Below are positions 45,269 to 55,352 of a DNA stretch of 64,000 nucleotides, one piece after another. The stretch covers positions 273,353-337,352 of the forward strand of contig JAJVIF010000001.1 in NCBI GenBank assembly GCA_022072165.1, written 5' to 3'. The notes below the pieces were generated by a model. It worked only from the letters and a program-made list of their open reading frames with translations, searched no databases and was not told the DNA's origin. Each line of letters starts with the position of its first letter. Position 1 is the first letter of the stretch. This DNA comes from a bacterium (GTDB lineage: Bacteria > JAJVIF01). A program made the position numbers and the translations under genes.

Positions 45269-46267
45269 TCACCAGACTTCCATCTTCCAGCTGCGAGTCA
45301 TCAACGCTCCCACGGTGTCTGCCACGGACCGCTCCCCCTGCACGACGGCTGCGACGCCTGCCGTGATGGGGAGGTCCAGCCCCTCGCTCGACGCATACGC
45401 CGCCACATGCCGGGCCGTACCCGCCCCTTCGGCGATCCCATTGATCCGAAGCGAGGCTTCATCAAACGTCAGCCCCTGAGCCAGGGCATGTCCCAACTGG
45501 ACATTGCGGGAGAGGGGCGACAGCGCCGTGCAGATGGCATCGCCCAGCCCGGCGATGCCCAGCAGCGTGTTGGGATCAGCGCCCAGCGATGCCCCAAGCT
45601 GGGTCATTTCCGCCATCCCCCGGGAGAGCAACGCCGCCTGGGTGTTCATCCCGAATCCCACGGCACTGGCGATGCCAGCCGCGATCGCGAGGATGTTCTT
45701 TACCGCCCCGCCGAGTTCGACGCCTGTGACATCCCGGGAGCCGTAGAGCCGGAACGTGGCACTCCCAAAGTACGCTCGAAAGACATCGATGGTGGCTTCC
45801 GAGTCCGACGCCACCACCGAAACACTCGGGTCCCCGCGCAGGACTTCCCGCGCCAGATTCGGTCCGGAGAGTGTCGCGTACGGATGCGCTCCCAGCACCT
45901 CCGGCAACCCCTGCGACACCCGGCGCAACTGGTCATCGAGGAATCCCTTCACCGATGAGCAGACAGGCAGGTCAGGAGAGGTCAGCCAGGGAGCCAGGGG
46001 TGTCAGGGCACCGAGGAGGTGCTCGCTGGGAATCGCGATCAGCACGGCATCCGCCGCAGCGAGTGCTCGCTCGGGGTCTGCGGTGAAGTGCACCGACTGG
46101 GGCAGCTCAATGTCGTCCAGATAGGCCAGATTGCGGTTCGTCGCCTGGTAGCGCTCCATCGCGATGGGATCACGGCCCAGGATGTGGACCGTATGCCCAT
46201 TCCGTGCCGCGAGGGTGGCCAGTGTGGTTCCCCAGGCCCCCGCGCCGATGACCCCCAGCTTAGCCAT
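45269..46267 (-). CDS. gpsA: NAD(P)H-dependent glycerol-3-phosphate dehydrogenase
   Basis: GAGAWGT, KG, LSGPNLA, GVELGGAVKN, GLGD, SRN and AEG. Confidence 0.96.
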   Translation of the reverse strand: MAKLGVIGAGAWGTTLATLAARNGHTVHILGRDPIAMERYQATNRNLAYLDDIELPQSVHFTADPERALAAADAVLIAIPSEHLLGALTPLAPWLTSPDLPVCSSVKGFLDDQLRRVSQGLPEVLGAHPYATLSGPNLAREVLRGDPSVSVVASDSEATIDVFRAYFGSATFRLYGSRDVTGVELGGAVKNILAIAAGIASAVGFGMNTQAALLSRGMAEMTQLGASLGADPNTLLGIAGLGDAICTALSPLSRNVQLGHALAQGLTFDEASLRINGIAEGAGTARHVAAYASSEGLDLPITAGVAAVVQGERSVADTVGALMTRSWKMEVW

Positions 46268-46964
46268 GTCCGGGCTCCGGCAGCGGCTGTCCCGCCCGCT
46301 TTTGCCCGATGCGCGGCTCGGTGCCATTCAGCAGGCGTCTGATGTTCTGGGCATGTTTGAGCACGAGGAACAGTCCAATGAAGATGGCGAAAACGAGAAA
46401 GGTCCGGTTGCCAGCGGGGTCACTTTCGGGGAAGACCCGGTGTTCGGTCGTAGCTCCCACGAGAAACAGGACTGGCACCGTGATGCCGCCACAGATGCTG
46501 GCGAGCGAGACATAGCGCGTGACCAGCAGCGTCACCAGGAACACACCGACCGGAATCAGCATCCATTTCCCCGCGATGGCGACCATGACCCCGAGTCCGG
46601 TAGCGACAATCTTGCCCCCCCGAAACTGAAACCAGACCGGGAAGGCGTGGCCCATGATGGCCGAGAGTCCGACGAGGCAAATCACGGAAGACCACAACAG
46701 TCCGTTGTTGCCGAATTCATCCAGCCGAACTGTCCAGAGCGCGGATGTCACGGGCAGCAGCCCTTTGGAGAAATCGAACAGCAGCGTCACAGCGCCGGGG
46801 AACGCCCCCAGAGTCCGCCAGACATTGGTCGCGCCTATGTTGCCAGACCCATGCTCCCGGATGTCGATGTCCCCATAGGCCCACGCCACCAGATACCCAA
46901 AAGGTATCGACCCCACCAGGTAGGCGAGGATGATCAGTAGCAGCGCTTTGGTGGCGGGATCCAT
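46260..46964 (-). CDS. plsY: Glycerol-3-phosphate acyltransferase
   Basis: YLVGSIP, HGSGNIGATN, DFSKG, GHAFP, GGKIVAT and KHAQNIRRL. Confidence 0.96.
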   Translation of the reverse strand: MDPATKALLLIILAYLVGSIPFGYLVAWAYGDIDIREHGSGNIGATNVWRTLGAFPGAVTLLFDFSKGLLPVTSALWTVRLDEFGNNGLLWSSVICLVGLSAIMGHAFPVWFQFRGGKIVATGLGVMVAIAGKWMLIPVGVFLVTLLVTRYVSLASICGGITVPVLFLVGATTEHRVFPESDPAGNRTFLVFAIFIGLFLVLKHAQNIRRLLNGTEPRIGQKRAGQPLPEPGHG

Positions 46965-47036
46965 GAGCACAGCGGGCGGGCAGACGTCTCCTTCCGGGTC
47001 GCGCAGGGATTATGCCCCAAGCCCCAGCAAAGGCCG

Positions 47037-48473
47037 CTACTCTGCGGCCTTCCGCTTCCTGGCCCTGTAGCTCACCCGAATGGGGCTGCCTGGGAGTTGC
47101 AGGGTCTCATGCAGCGCTTTGTAGAGATAGCGACGCCAGGAGTCGACAAAGAGCACCGGATTGTTCACCGAAAGCACGATGTGGGGCGGCGAGACCCCCA
47201 CTTGCGTGGCGTAGTAAATCTTCCCGCGCCGATTCCGCCAGACCGCCGGCGGGTTCTGATCCCAGATGGCCCCGACGATGCCGTTGAGCTCGCTGGTCCC
47301 TATCCGCTTGTTGAATGATTCATGCGACTTCCTGATGGCGATCAGGAGGTCGGTCAGACCCTCCCCCTCCAGCGCCGAGGCAAACACTACCGGCGCAAAG
47401 AAAAGGTAGTGCAGCTGGTCGTGGATATGGCTGATGAAGGCCTGCTGATGCTTCGACTTCCCCTCGGACAAATCCCACTTGTTCGCCACAATGACGCATG
47501 CCCGGTGACTGTCCCTGATCAGTGCGCCGATTTTCTGATCAAGATCGGTAATCCCCAGCGAGACATCCAGCACCAGGACCGCGACATCGGCCCGGGTCAA
47601 AGCCTGCTCCGCCCGACGCATGGAGTAGAAGTCGACATCGGTGTCGATCTTGTTCCGACGCTTCAGCCCCGCGGTATCAATCGAGCAGAACTCCCGGCCC
47701 TTCCACTCGAACCGCGCATCGATCGCATCCCGGGTCGTCCCGGCCAGGGGCGAGACGATCGCTCGTTCGCTTCCCACCAGCTGATTGAACAGGCTCGACT
47801 TCCCGGCATTCTGGCGCCCCAAAATAGCGAAGGTCAGGGCCGTCTCTTCGGCGGGGACGGAGTCCGCTGGGGCCTCAGTGGCTTCCTCCATCGTCTGGTG
47901 CAGGAACGGCTGGGTCGCTTCGAGGAGTTCGACAATCCCCCGGCCATGGATCGCGCTGATCGGCCAGGGATCGCCGAATCCCAGCTCGTAGCAGTCGTAC
48001 AGCATGTCGTCATGGAGCGGATCATCGGCCTTGTTGGCGATCAGCAGGATCGGTGTCCGGTCCCGTAACGTGCGGAGGCGCTGGGCAAGCTGCTTGTCCT
48101 CGGACGTGATACCCGCCTGACGATCCACCACAAACCAGATGACATCGGCCTCCCGCAGGGCTAAATCAATCTGCCGGTTCATTTCCTCGCGGAAAGGATT
48201 TTCCCCCGCTGCTTCCCAGCCTGCCTGGTCAGTGAGGGCAAAGTAAACCCCTTCCCAGTCAGCGGTCCGCTTCAGACGGTCCCGGGTGACCCCCCGGGCT
48301 TCATGGACAATCGCTTCCCGACCCCCAATCACCCGGTTGAAAAGGGTGCTTTTCCCAACATTGGTCCGGCCCAGGATCACCACCTGGGGCAGGTCTTCGG
48401 GGGCTGGACGCTCCCCGGACGGATTCGGACGAGTCGGGGGAGCCAGCTTTGGGGCGGAACGTGCGCGTGCCAT
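47037..48473 (-). CDS. der: Ribosome biogenesis GTPase Der
   Basis: Two GTPase domains (GRTNVGKST/GVTRD/NKAD; GRQNAGKSS/GTTRD/DTAG/NKWD) plus KH-like C-terminus. Confidence 0.97.
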   Translation of the reverse strand: MARARSAPKLAPPTRPNPSGERPAPEDLPQVVILGRTNVGKSTLFNRVIGGREAIVHEARGVTRDRLKRTADWEGVYFALTDQAGWEAAGENPFREEMNRQIDLALREADVIWFVVDRQAGITSEDKQLAQRLRTLRDRTPILLIANKADDPLHDDMLYDCYELGFGDPWPISAIHGRGIVELLEATQPFLHQTMEEATEAPADSVPAEETALTFAILGRQNAGKSSLFNQLVGSERAIVSPLAGTTRDAIDARFEWKGREFCSIDTAGLKRRNKIDTDVDFYSMRRAEQALTRADVAVLVLDVSLGITDLDQKIGALIRDSHRACVIVANKWDLSEGKSKHQQAFISHIHDQLHYLFFAPVVFASALEGEGLTDLLIAIRKSHESFNKRIGTSELNGIVGAIWDQNPPAVWRNRRGKIYYATQVGVSPPHIVLSVNNPVLFVDSWRRYLYKALHETLQLPGSPIRVSYRARKRKAAE

Positions 48474-48651
48474 ACCCCCATTGTGCGCCACGAAGCAACG
48501 AAGGGGTAGTTTCTCCAGATGCTGTTTCAGTACCAGACTTTCCTGCTGGATAATGCCCTCAGGGTCAACCAGGACCGCGGCGAAGCGCTCTTAGAGGCTG
48601 AACGCGCCCTGGCAGCCGGGCGTATTTACGCGTCAACACGAGGAGCCACCC

Positions 48652-50244
48652 ATGAGTCTGCGGACCGTCCAGACAGGTCACACCCGCCACCCGCTCTATC
48701 CCCTGTTCCTGGGCATTTTCGGAATTCTCTGTGTGATCGCAGGCGTCATCTTCGCCGCGGAGTTCCGTCCACCCAATCCAGCTTATGCCGATGAGCCCGA
48801 AGCGCTGACCCTGCAGACTGCGGTCAACGTGCCCGGCAACTTCACCAACAACCCCTTCCGGGAAGTCGTGCGGCAGGTGAAGCCCGCGGTCGTCAACATC
48901 GAAACGGACCGCAAAGTCGCTGCTGGCTCGCGCAATCAGAACCCCTTCGGCGACCTGCCGTTCCAGTTCGGACCGCCGCAGCGGCCGGAGGCGAAACCTT
49001 TTGGCGATGAGCCCGAAACTGTCCCGACCGGAGGTTCCGGCTTCATCGTGGACCCCAGGGGCTACATCATCACGAACAACCACGTCATCGAGGAAGCCGT
49101 TCGGATTCGGGTCACGCTGGATGATGGACGGGTCCTGGATGCCGATATCGTCGGACGGGACCCCAACACTGATGTGGCGGTCCTGAAGCTAAAAAATCCC
49201 AAAGGGACCCTGCCGTTCCTGAAGCTGGGTGACAGCGATGTCGCCGAAATCGGCGACTGGGTCATCGCAGTTGGCAGCCCCCTGGGGCTTTCGCAGTCAG
49301 TCACCGTCGGTGTGGTAAGCGCCAAGAACCGTAATTCGGTCAACATCCCTGGTGCGGGAGCCAAGTACAGCGATTTCATCCAGACCGATGCCGCGATTAA
49401 CTTCGGCAACTCCGGCGGCCCGCTGCTGACCATCGATGGCACCGTACTCGGCATGAACACCGCCATCGCTGGCGGACAGGGTGTCAGCGGGATTGGATTC
49501 GCGGTCCCGGCGAACAAGATCAAGTTCGTCTACGACAACCTCATTCGCGAGGGAGTCGTTCGACGGGGCTACATCGGCCTGCTCGTCCAGCCAGTTTCGC
49601 TGAATGAAGCGAAAGCCAATGGCCTGGAAATCGCCAAGGGCGCAACCGTCGCCCGGGTCGAGCCCAAAGCCCCCGCTGAGCGAGCCGGCCTGGAATTCGG
49701 CGACCTCATCACCCACGTCGATGGCATCGAAGTCCAGAACAACCAGCATCTGGTGAATCTCATCGCGGAAAAAGGCGTCGGAGTCACCATCAAGCTCAAA
49801 GTACTGCGCGATGGCAAGCCACTGGAAAAGACCCTCCGCACCGAACAGCGTCCCGATGAGCTGGATCAGGCGCAGCCCGCGTCTACCCCAGGCGCAGCCC
49901 CCGATGATGAGGCTCCCCCGCGGGAAGCCACCCTCATCCTCCAGGACCTCGGGCTCCAGCTGAGCGAGATCGATCCCGCCCTGAGTCGGCGACTCGATCT
50001 GCCCGCTGGTACGACCGGCGTCTATGTCGAGGCCGTGAAGCGAACCTCGCCTGCTCATGACGAAGGATTTGCGGAAGGCGACATCATCACCCACATCGAC
50101 CGAACCGCTATCACTGGGCTCGCCGGTTTCGAGGACACCCTCAGGCAGGCGGGATCGGGGACTGGCTTTGCCCGACTTACCGTCAAGCGCCTGCTGCGGG
50201 GCGAGTGGGTAAGCTTCCCCTTCCGGCTCCCAGTCGAGCAGTAG
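48652..50244 (+). CDS. htrA: HtrA/DegP serine endoprotease with two PDZ domains
   Basis: GSGFI, TNNHV, DVAVL, QTDAAINFGNSGGPL and two PDZ repeats; SD GAGGAG. Confidence 0.95.
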   Translation: MSLRTVQTGHTRHPLYPLFLGIFGILCVIAGVIFAAEFRPPNPAYADEPEALTLQTAVNVPGNFTNNPFREVVRQVKPAVVNIETDRKVAAGSRNQNPFGDLPFQFGPPQRPEAKPFGDEPETVPTGGSGFIVDPRGYIITNNHVIEEAVRIRVTLDDGRVLDADIVGRDPNTDVAVLKLKNPKGTLPFLKLGDSDVAEIGDWVIAVGSPLGLSQSVTVGVVSAKNRNSVNIPGAGAKYSDFIQTDAAINFGNSGGPLLTIDGTVLGMNTAIAGGQGVSGIGFAVPANKIKFVYDNLIREGVVRRGYIGLLVQPVSLNEAKANGLEIAKGATVARVEPKAPAERAGLEFGDLITHVDGIEVQNNQHLVNLIAEKGVGVTIKLKVLRDGKPLEKTLRTEQRPDELDQAQPASTPGAAPDDEAPPREATLILQDLGLQLSEIDPALSRRLDLPAGTTGVYVEAVKRTSPAHDEGFAEGDIITHIDRTAITGLAGFEDTLRQAGSGTGFARLTVKRLLRGEWVSFPFRLPVEQ

Positions 50245-50268
50245 CTCCCTGGAGGTTGGTCAGACACC

Positions 50269-50308
50269 AGCGCGCCCTTTGCTGAGCAGGGGGCGCGCTT
50301 GTTTTGTT
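50269..50308 (+). terminator. Rho-independent terminator after htrA
   Basis: agcgcgccctttgc-tga-gcagggggcgcgct followed by tgttttgtt. Confidence 0.8.
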
Positions 50309-50333
50309 CATCTGGAGCGTGCGGCCAACAGGC

Positions 50334-50777
50334 TCAAAACGTAAGCGCAGACCGCTGGGGCCGAAAACAGGCGATGAGGGCATCCAGCTCCTGTGAGGTC
50401 AGGGCCAAATCATCGTTCGCGCTGGTCGCGGGAAGTGCATTCAGGGCATCTGCCAGATCAGTCTCCATCACTGTCGCGAACAACGATTCTGGATCCCAGC
50501 CTGTGGCTCCTGGGAGCGTCATCGCAGGAACATCAGCCAGGATCGCTGGCGGAGAGCAGGCTGATAGTCGATCAAGCAGCTGCGATTCCAGCAAAATCGA
50601 GGTTTCCTCAGAATCCGGTGGAAGCACGGGGATTTGGGCGTAGCGATCCCATGCCATACTCCCCGCGCCAGTGGCGAGGACCAGTCCGGACAACATCAGC
50701 AGGCCGAGGGCTCCGCGCATCGTAGCGGAAGCATACAATGCCTTGGACTGTGATTCACCAGGGCGGGGAAGGCTCAC
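50334..50777 (-). CDS. Hypothetical exported acidic protein
   Basis: Signal-like MRGALGLLMLSGLVLA from the alternative ATG 50720; two Cys; sigma54 box upstream. Confidence 0.55.
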   Translation of the reverse strand: MSLPRPGESQSKALYASATMRGALGLLMLSGLVLATGAGSMAWDRYAQIPVLPPDSEETSILLESQLLDRLSACSPPAILADVPAMTLPGATGWDPESLFATVMETDLADALNALPATSANDDLALTSQELDALIACFRPQRSALTF

Positions 50778-50789
50778 ACTACTAAGCTC

Positions 50790-50805
50790 AGCAGTCGGAG
50801 TGCCA
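50790..50805 (-). promoter_or_regulatory. sigma54 (-24/-12) promoter
   Basis: TGGCACTCCGACTGCT = GG-N10-GC with TGGCAC and TGCT. Confidence 0.6.
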
Positions 50806-50851
50806 GAGTTGCACGGGGGACCCGGCGGGCATCCAAATCATCCGAACGGGG

Positions 50852-50926
50852 TGGCGGGCGCATGAGGAATCGAACCTCAATCTACGGCTCCGGAGACCGT
50901 CGCACTATCCGTTGTGCTATGCACCC
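50852..50926 (-). tRNA. tRNA-Arg(CCG)
   Basis: 75-nt cloverleaf: acceptor GGGTGCA/TGCGCCC, anticodon loop CTCCGGA, T-loop TTCGATT, encoded CCA. Confidence 0.97.
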
Positions 50927-51028
50927 GCGGCTGCCCCATCTCCGTCAGGATCACTGGCAGCGACGCCAGCGACCGACGGACTGGATGATGGGTTGTACCG
51001 CCCCTGTGCGCCGATTGCAAGAGGCAAC

Positions 51029-52561
51029 ATGAGTTCTTCAGTCCCCGACATCCTGCAGCGCTTCCTCAGCCGTCCGGAAACCCTCGGGACCCGGCAGGAG
51101 GAAATTCCGCCTCAGGAACGCTGGCCCCTCCTGCTGGCAGCGGTCTCCGGCGGAGCCGACTCCATCGCGCTCTTCGACGCTCTGGACAGCCTCCGGGAGC
51201 CCCTGCAATTCCGTCTGGAGATCATCCATGTCCATCATGGACTCCGGGGAGAAGCCGCAGACCAGGATGCTGCCTTTGTCCGGCGACTGGCGGAGCAGCG
51301 ACAGGTGCCGTTTCACCTGGAAAGAGGTGATACCCGAGCGCTGATGACCCAGGAAAACCTGAGCATGGAAGAGGCGGCGCGGGCAATCCGGTACCGCGCC
51401 TTTTGCCAGATCGCGACACAGCGCCATGCCACAGCAGTCGTAGTCGCCCATCACCTGGATGACGATGTCGAGACCCTGCTAATGCGGCTGATGACCGGTG
51501 CCAGTCTCCAGGGGCTGGCCGGCATGGATGAGATCACCTGGCGGCAGTCCACGGCGATTTGGCGGCCCTTCTTGCGGACCCCGCAGGCCGTGCTGTACCG
51601 GCACTTGCAGGCCCGCCAGCTCCCCTGGCGCTTTGATGCCTCTAACCTCGAGACGGGGCATCTGAGAAATCGCATCCGGCAGGAACTCCTGCCACGACTC
51701 CAGACCGACTTCAATCCGCAAGTGGTCCGGACACTCGGCAAGCTCCTGCAGGAACTCAAGCAACTCCGGACTATGGAACTCCCCGGTCAGGAGCCAGGCA
51801 ATGCGCTCACAGTCAGTGAAGTGGGGAAGCAACTCCCCATCGGTGATGAAGGGCTACATATCGGAGCGCAGCTGGTGCCGGTTGAAGAATGGCAGTTTCC
51901 CGTGGCGGCGGTGCAGGGCCTGGAGCAGCGCGAACGCTGGGCCCTCTGGCGGGCGGTGCTCCGGGGGCTGGGTATCCCGCCAAAAGAACTACAGCGATCC
52001 CTTTTTGACGACCTGGACACGCTCATCAGTCGTACCTACGGCACTCTCGCCATTGACCTGCCCGGAGGTCTGGAAGCGCGACGCACCTACGGCACGCTGA
52101 TCTTCGGGACCCGGCAAGTGCCCGATGAGCCCCCCATGCCAGTTTCTCTCTCGCTTGCACCCTGGTCATGGACCGATCGCTATGCCGGGTGGGTGCTCAT
52201 GGCGGAGTTACTCGACGGGGAAGTCCCGGTGGTCGCTTCACCTCTACAGCTGGGGAAACGTTGGTGGGAGCGCGCCCTCTTTCAGGCCCAGGTCAGCATT
52301 CCCGAGATCACGTCTGAGCTGCAGATTCGTTCGCGACAGCCCGGCGATACCCTGGCGCTGCCCCAGGGGGGACATACCAGCCTCAAGGAATGCTTCATCG
52401 ATCAGAAGCTGCCGCAACTCTTTCGGGAACGCTGGCCGGTCATTGCCCTCCCGGAAGGGGATATCCTGTGGGTCCCTGGCTGGCCTCCAGCAGCCGTAAC
52501 TACCGGCTCCAGATCACGCAAATGGCAGTTCACGGCGGTCAAAACTGCCCATTGGGGGTAG
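51029..52561 (+). CDS. tilS: tRNA(Ile)-lysidine synthetase
   Basis: AVSGGADS, HHGLR, EEAAR..RY, AHHLDD.VET, RP, DASN, RNRIR and C-terminal RQPGD..LKECF. Confidence 0.95.
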   Translation: MSSSVPDILQRFLSRPETLGTRQEEIPPQERWPLLLAAVSGGADSIALFDALDSLREPLQFRLEIIHVHHGLRGEAADQDAAFVRRLAEQRQVPFHLERGDTRALMTQENLSMEEAARAIRYRAFCQIATQRHATAVVVAHHLDDDVETLLMRLMTGASLQGLAGMDEITWRQSTAIWRPFLRTPQAVLYRHLQARQLPWRFDASNLETGHLRNRIRQELLPRLQTDFNPQVVRTLGKLLQELKQLRTMELPGQEPGNALTVSEVGKQLPIGDEGLHIGAQLVPVEEWQFPVAAVQGLEQRERWALWRAVLRGLGIPPKELQRSLFDDLDTLISRTYGTLAIDLPGGLEARRTYGTLIFGTRQVPDEPPMPVSLSLAPWSWTDRYAGWVLMAELLDGEVPVVASPLQLGKRWWERALFQAQVSIPEITSELQIRSRQPGDTLALPQGGHTSLKECFIDQKLPQLFRERWPVIALPEGDILWVPGWPPAAVTTGSRSRKWQFTAVKTAHWG

Positions 52562-52581
52562 GTTCCTACAGGAAACAGGTC

Positions 52582-52608
52582 GAACCTCGTCGCTTTTATG
52601 GACTCTAA
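52582..52608 (+). promoter_or_regulatory. ECF (sigmaE-like) promoter upstream of ftsH
   Basis: GAACCT-N16-TCTAA versus RpoE/AlgU consensus GAACTT-N16/17-TCNAA. Confidence 0.5.
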
Positions 52609-52752
52609 TCTCATACCTGCCGGCGCGTGACCCTGAATTTTCACGGTCTGGCCGCATCCGTGCAGTATATTGAGACCGCGAACGCCTGCGCCCAGGGTGG
52701 GACGAAGCGTGAGCGCTGAGCCCATCTGCGGGCTCCTCCGGGAAGGGCTGGC

Positions 52753-54732
52753 ATGACCAAAAGCTGGAACAGCATCTTCATCCTCATCGTCCTCCTCCTG
52801 TTTGCCCTGCTTTACAGCTTCATCATCGCAAACAAGAAGACGACCCCTCTGACGGCTCCTGAACTGGTGCATCGCCTGGGACAGGGCGACACTATCATCA
52901 AGTCCGTCGAAGTCCATCCCGATGAGGGCTACATCAGCGGCGAATTGCTCCTCCCGCCCGGCAGTGAGCCGCAACCCTACCGGGTCGACTTGCCCAAGCC
53001 CATCTCGATGGAAGATGTCATGCGCCTCTATGAGCGCGCCGGCATCAACCTGCAGGAAGAACCGGCCGGGATCCCCCTGCCGAAAGTCAAACCAACCCCG
53101 CTCTTCCTGTCGCTGGTGGGACCAATGATGGTCTTCATCCTGCCGGTCCTCCTCTTTGGGTTCTTCTACTTCTTTATGGTGAAGCAGGCGCAGGCCTCCG
53201 GTGGCCAGGCTCTGTCGTTCGGGAAATCCCGTGCGAAGCTCCTGACCGATAAGCCCAACGTCTCGTTCAAAGATGTCGCTGGCGTGTCCGAAGCCGTCGA
53301 GGAACTGCACGAAATTGTGGAGTTCCTCAAAGAGAAAAAGAAGTTCATCAGCCTGGGGGCCAAGATCCCCAAGGGTGTGCTCCTGGTCGGACCTCCCGGC
53401 TGCGGCAAGACTCTCCTGGCCCGGGCGATTGCCGGCGAGGCCGGAGTCCCGTTCTTCCACATGTCCGGGTCGGACTTCGTAGAGATGTTCGTTGGCGTCG
53501 GCGCGAGCCGCGTCCGCGACCTCTTCGAGCAGGCGAAACGACATGCCCCGGCAATCGTCTTCATCGACGAAATCGATGCCGTAGGACGGCAGCGTGGGAC
53601 CGGCCTGGGTGGCGGTCACGATGAGCGCGAGCAGACGCTGAACCAGCTGCTGGTCGAGATGGACGGCTTCGACACAAACTCCGGTGTCATCCTCATTGCC
53701 GCCACAAACCGGCCTGATGTCCTGGACCCGGCCCTCCTGCGCCCTGGTCGCTTTGATCGCCGCGTGGTGGTCGATAAGCCGGACTACAAGGGCCGCGAAG
53801 AAATCCTCATCATCCATAGTCGGGAGACGCCGCTGGATGACGATGTCGACCTCCGCCTGCTGGCGCGTCGCACTCCCGGGTTTTCCGGTGCCGATCTGCG
53901 CAACCTGGTGAACGAAGCCGCGATTCTGGCAGCCCGCGAAAACGGGAAAAAGGTCACGATGCATCACTTCGAGGAGGCCACGGAGCGGGTCATGGCAGGT
54001 CCGACCCGTCGCAGCCGCGTGATCTCCGAGAAGGAAAAGAAGGTCATCGCCTACCACGAGTCGGGACACGCCATGGCGATGTACTACTCCGGCGACCTCG
54101 ACCCGATCCACAAGATCACCATCATTCCCCGCGGCATGGCCCTGGGCTACACCATGCAGCTGCCCGGTGAGGATCGCTACCTCACCACCCGCAGCGAATT
54201 GCTTCAGAAGATCAAGGCCGCCCTCGGTGGCCGGGTCGCGGAGGAAGTCATCTTCCAGGAGCAGACCACCGGCGCATCCGATGACCTGCAACGGGTCACC
54301 GACCTGGCGCGTCGCATGGTTATGGACTTCGGCATGAGCACCAAGCTCGGTCCCATCACCTTCGGCAACCGGCATGGGGGATCGGTCTTCCTGGGGCGCG
54401 ACATGATGGAAGAGCGCAACTACTCTGAGGAGATTGCGTATGAGATCGACAAGGAAGTCGATGCCATCGTCACCTCAGCCTACGAAGATGTAAAGAGCAT
54501 CATGTCGACCCACATCGACCGGCTCCACGCCCTGGCGACTGCCCTGTTGGAGCGCGAGACCCTCGACGCCGAAGAAGTCCGGCTCCTCATGGAGGGGCAG
54601 GAACTGCCGCCGGAGTCGGTCTCCCGACCCCAGCCGCCCTCCAGCGGGACCCTGACTCCGGTGGAGGAGCCCGGGCGGGAGACCCCGCGACGGGAACCCG
54701 GCATCGGGGGGCTGGCACCCAGCCCCAGCTAA
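52753..54732 (+). CDS. ftsH: ATP-dependent zinc metalloprotease FtsH
   Basis: Two TM helices, [34 protein letters not shown] and HESGH. Confidence 0.98.
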   Translation: MTKSWNSIFILIVLLLFALLYSFIIANKKTTPLTAPELVHRLGQGDTIIKSVEVHPDEGYISGELLLPPGSEPQPYRVDLPKPISMEDVMRLYERAGINLQEEPAGIPLPKVKPTPLFLSLVGPMMVFILPVLLFGFFYFFMVKQAQASGGQALSFGKSRAKLLTDKPNVSFKDVAGVSEAVEELHEIVEFLKEKKKFISLGAKIPKGVLLVGPPGCGKTLLARAIAGEAGVPFFHMSGSDFVEMFVGVGASRVRDLFEQAKRHAPAIVFIDEIDAVGRQRGTGLGGGHDEREQTLNQLLVEMDGFDTNSGVILIAATNRPDVLDPALLRPGRFDRRVVVDKPDYKGREEILIIHSRETPLDDDVDLRLLARRTPGFSGADLRNLVNEAAILAARENGKKVTMHHFEEATERVMAGPTRRSRVISEKEKKVIAYHESGHAMAMYYSGDLDPIHKITIIPRGMALGYTMQLPGEDRYLTTRSELLQKIKAALGGRVAEEVIFQEQTTGASDDLQRVTDLARRMVMDFGMSTKLGPITFGNRHGGSVFLGRDMMEERNYSEEIAYEIDKEVDAIVTSAYEDVKSIMSTHIDRLHALATALLERETLDAEEVRLLMEGQELPPESVSRPQPPSSGTLTPVEEPGRETPRREPGIGGLAPSPS

Positions 54733-54760
54733 GCAACAGCAGCGTCTGCGACGAAAGCAC

Positions 54761-54794
54761 ACGACCCCCGGCGTACCCGGGGGTCGTTTCTGTT
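54761..54794 (+). terminator. Rho-independent terminator after ftsH
   Basis: acgacccccgg-cgtac-ccgggggtcgt followed by ttctgtt. Confidence 0.8.
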
Positions 54795-54816
54795 GTCGTT
54801 CATGCGAGTGGCGCTG

Positions 54817-55251
54817 TTAACCCCAGCCGTCATCATCCTCAGCAGCGGCACCAGGAGCGGTCCGGGTGCTCGCGACTGCGGGGCCGACCCCACACAGCTC
54901 ATTCAGCTTGTCGAAGAGCGTCCCCGCTTCCTTCAGCAGGGCCAAAAAGTCGGGATACGACGTCGGTGATGACGTGCGCGACTTGTGGGCATAGCCGATG
55001 AACATCGACAGCTTAGTCAGTAGCTTGTGCGAGCCGAAGCCCAGGAGCGCCGAGAGGTCCTGTACCGGGCAGGCGCAGTAGAGCAATGCGCCGTAGACAT
55101 ACGCCCCCACATAGCAGTTCAGACGCTTGGCATCCGAGGTGGACAGCCGGGCGTACTCATCTTCCGGCCAGCGCTGGAGGTCAGAGAGGGGAATACCGGT
55201 CATGGGTTCCCAGCGAGCGGTGAACTGATCGATCGTGCGCCGTGGTTTCAC
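54817..55251 (-). CDS. Hypothetical protein
   Basis: SD AGGAGG before GTG; promoter TTGCAA-N17-TAGAAC upstream; no family recognised. Confidence 0.7.
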   Translation of the reverse strand: MKPRRTIDQFTARWEPMTGIPLSDLQRWPEDEYARLSTSDAKRLNCYVGAYVYGALLYCACPVQDLSALLGFGSHKLLTKLSMFIGYAHKSRTSSPTSYPDFLALLKEAGTLFDKLNELCGVGPAVASTRTAPGAAAEDDDGWG

Positions 55252-55352
55252 GTTGCGCCTCCTGTTGGTCTTGCGAGGGTTCTACGGCATTTTCGGGAGC
55301 ATTGCAAACGCTGGATGTCCGATTTTTGTGAGGTCGGGTACTCTTCCACCTT

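Noticed and set aside
50780-50930. tRNA-Arg as an integration site for an island
   Set aside because: No integrase and no duplicated tRNA 3' end seen in the window; flanks are housekeeping genes
52562-52752. Missing hpt between tilS and ftsH as a deletion scar
   Set aside because: Direct tilS-ftsH adjacency is common; the gap holds promoter-like sequence, not an hpt remnant
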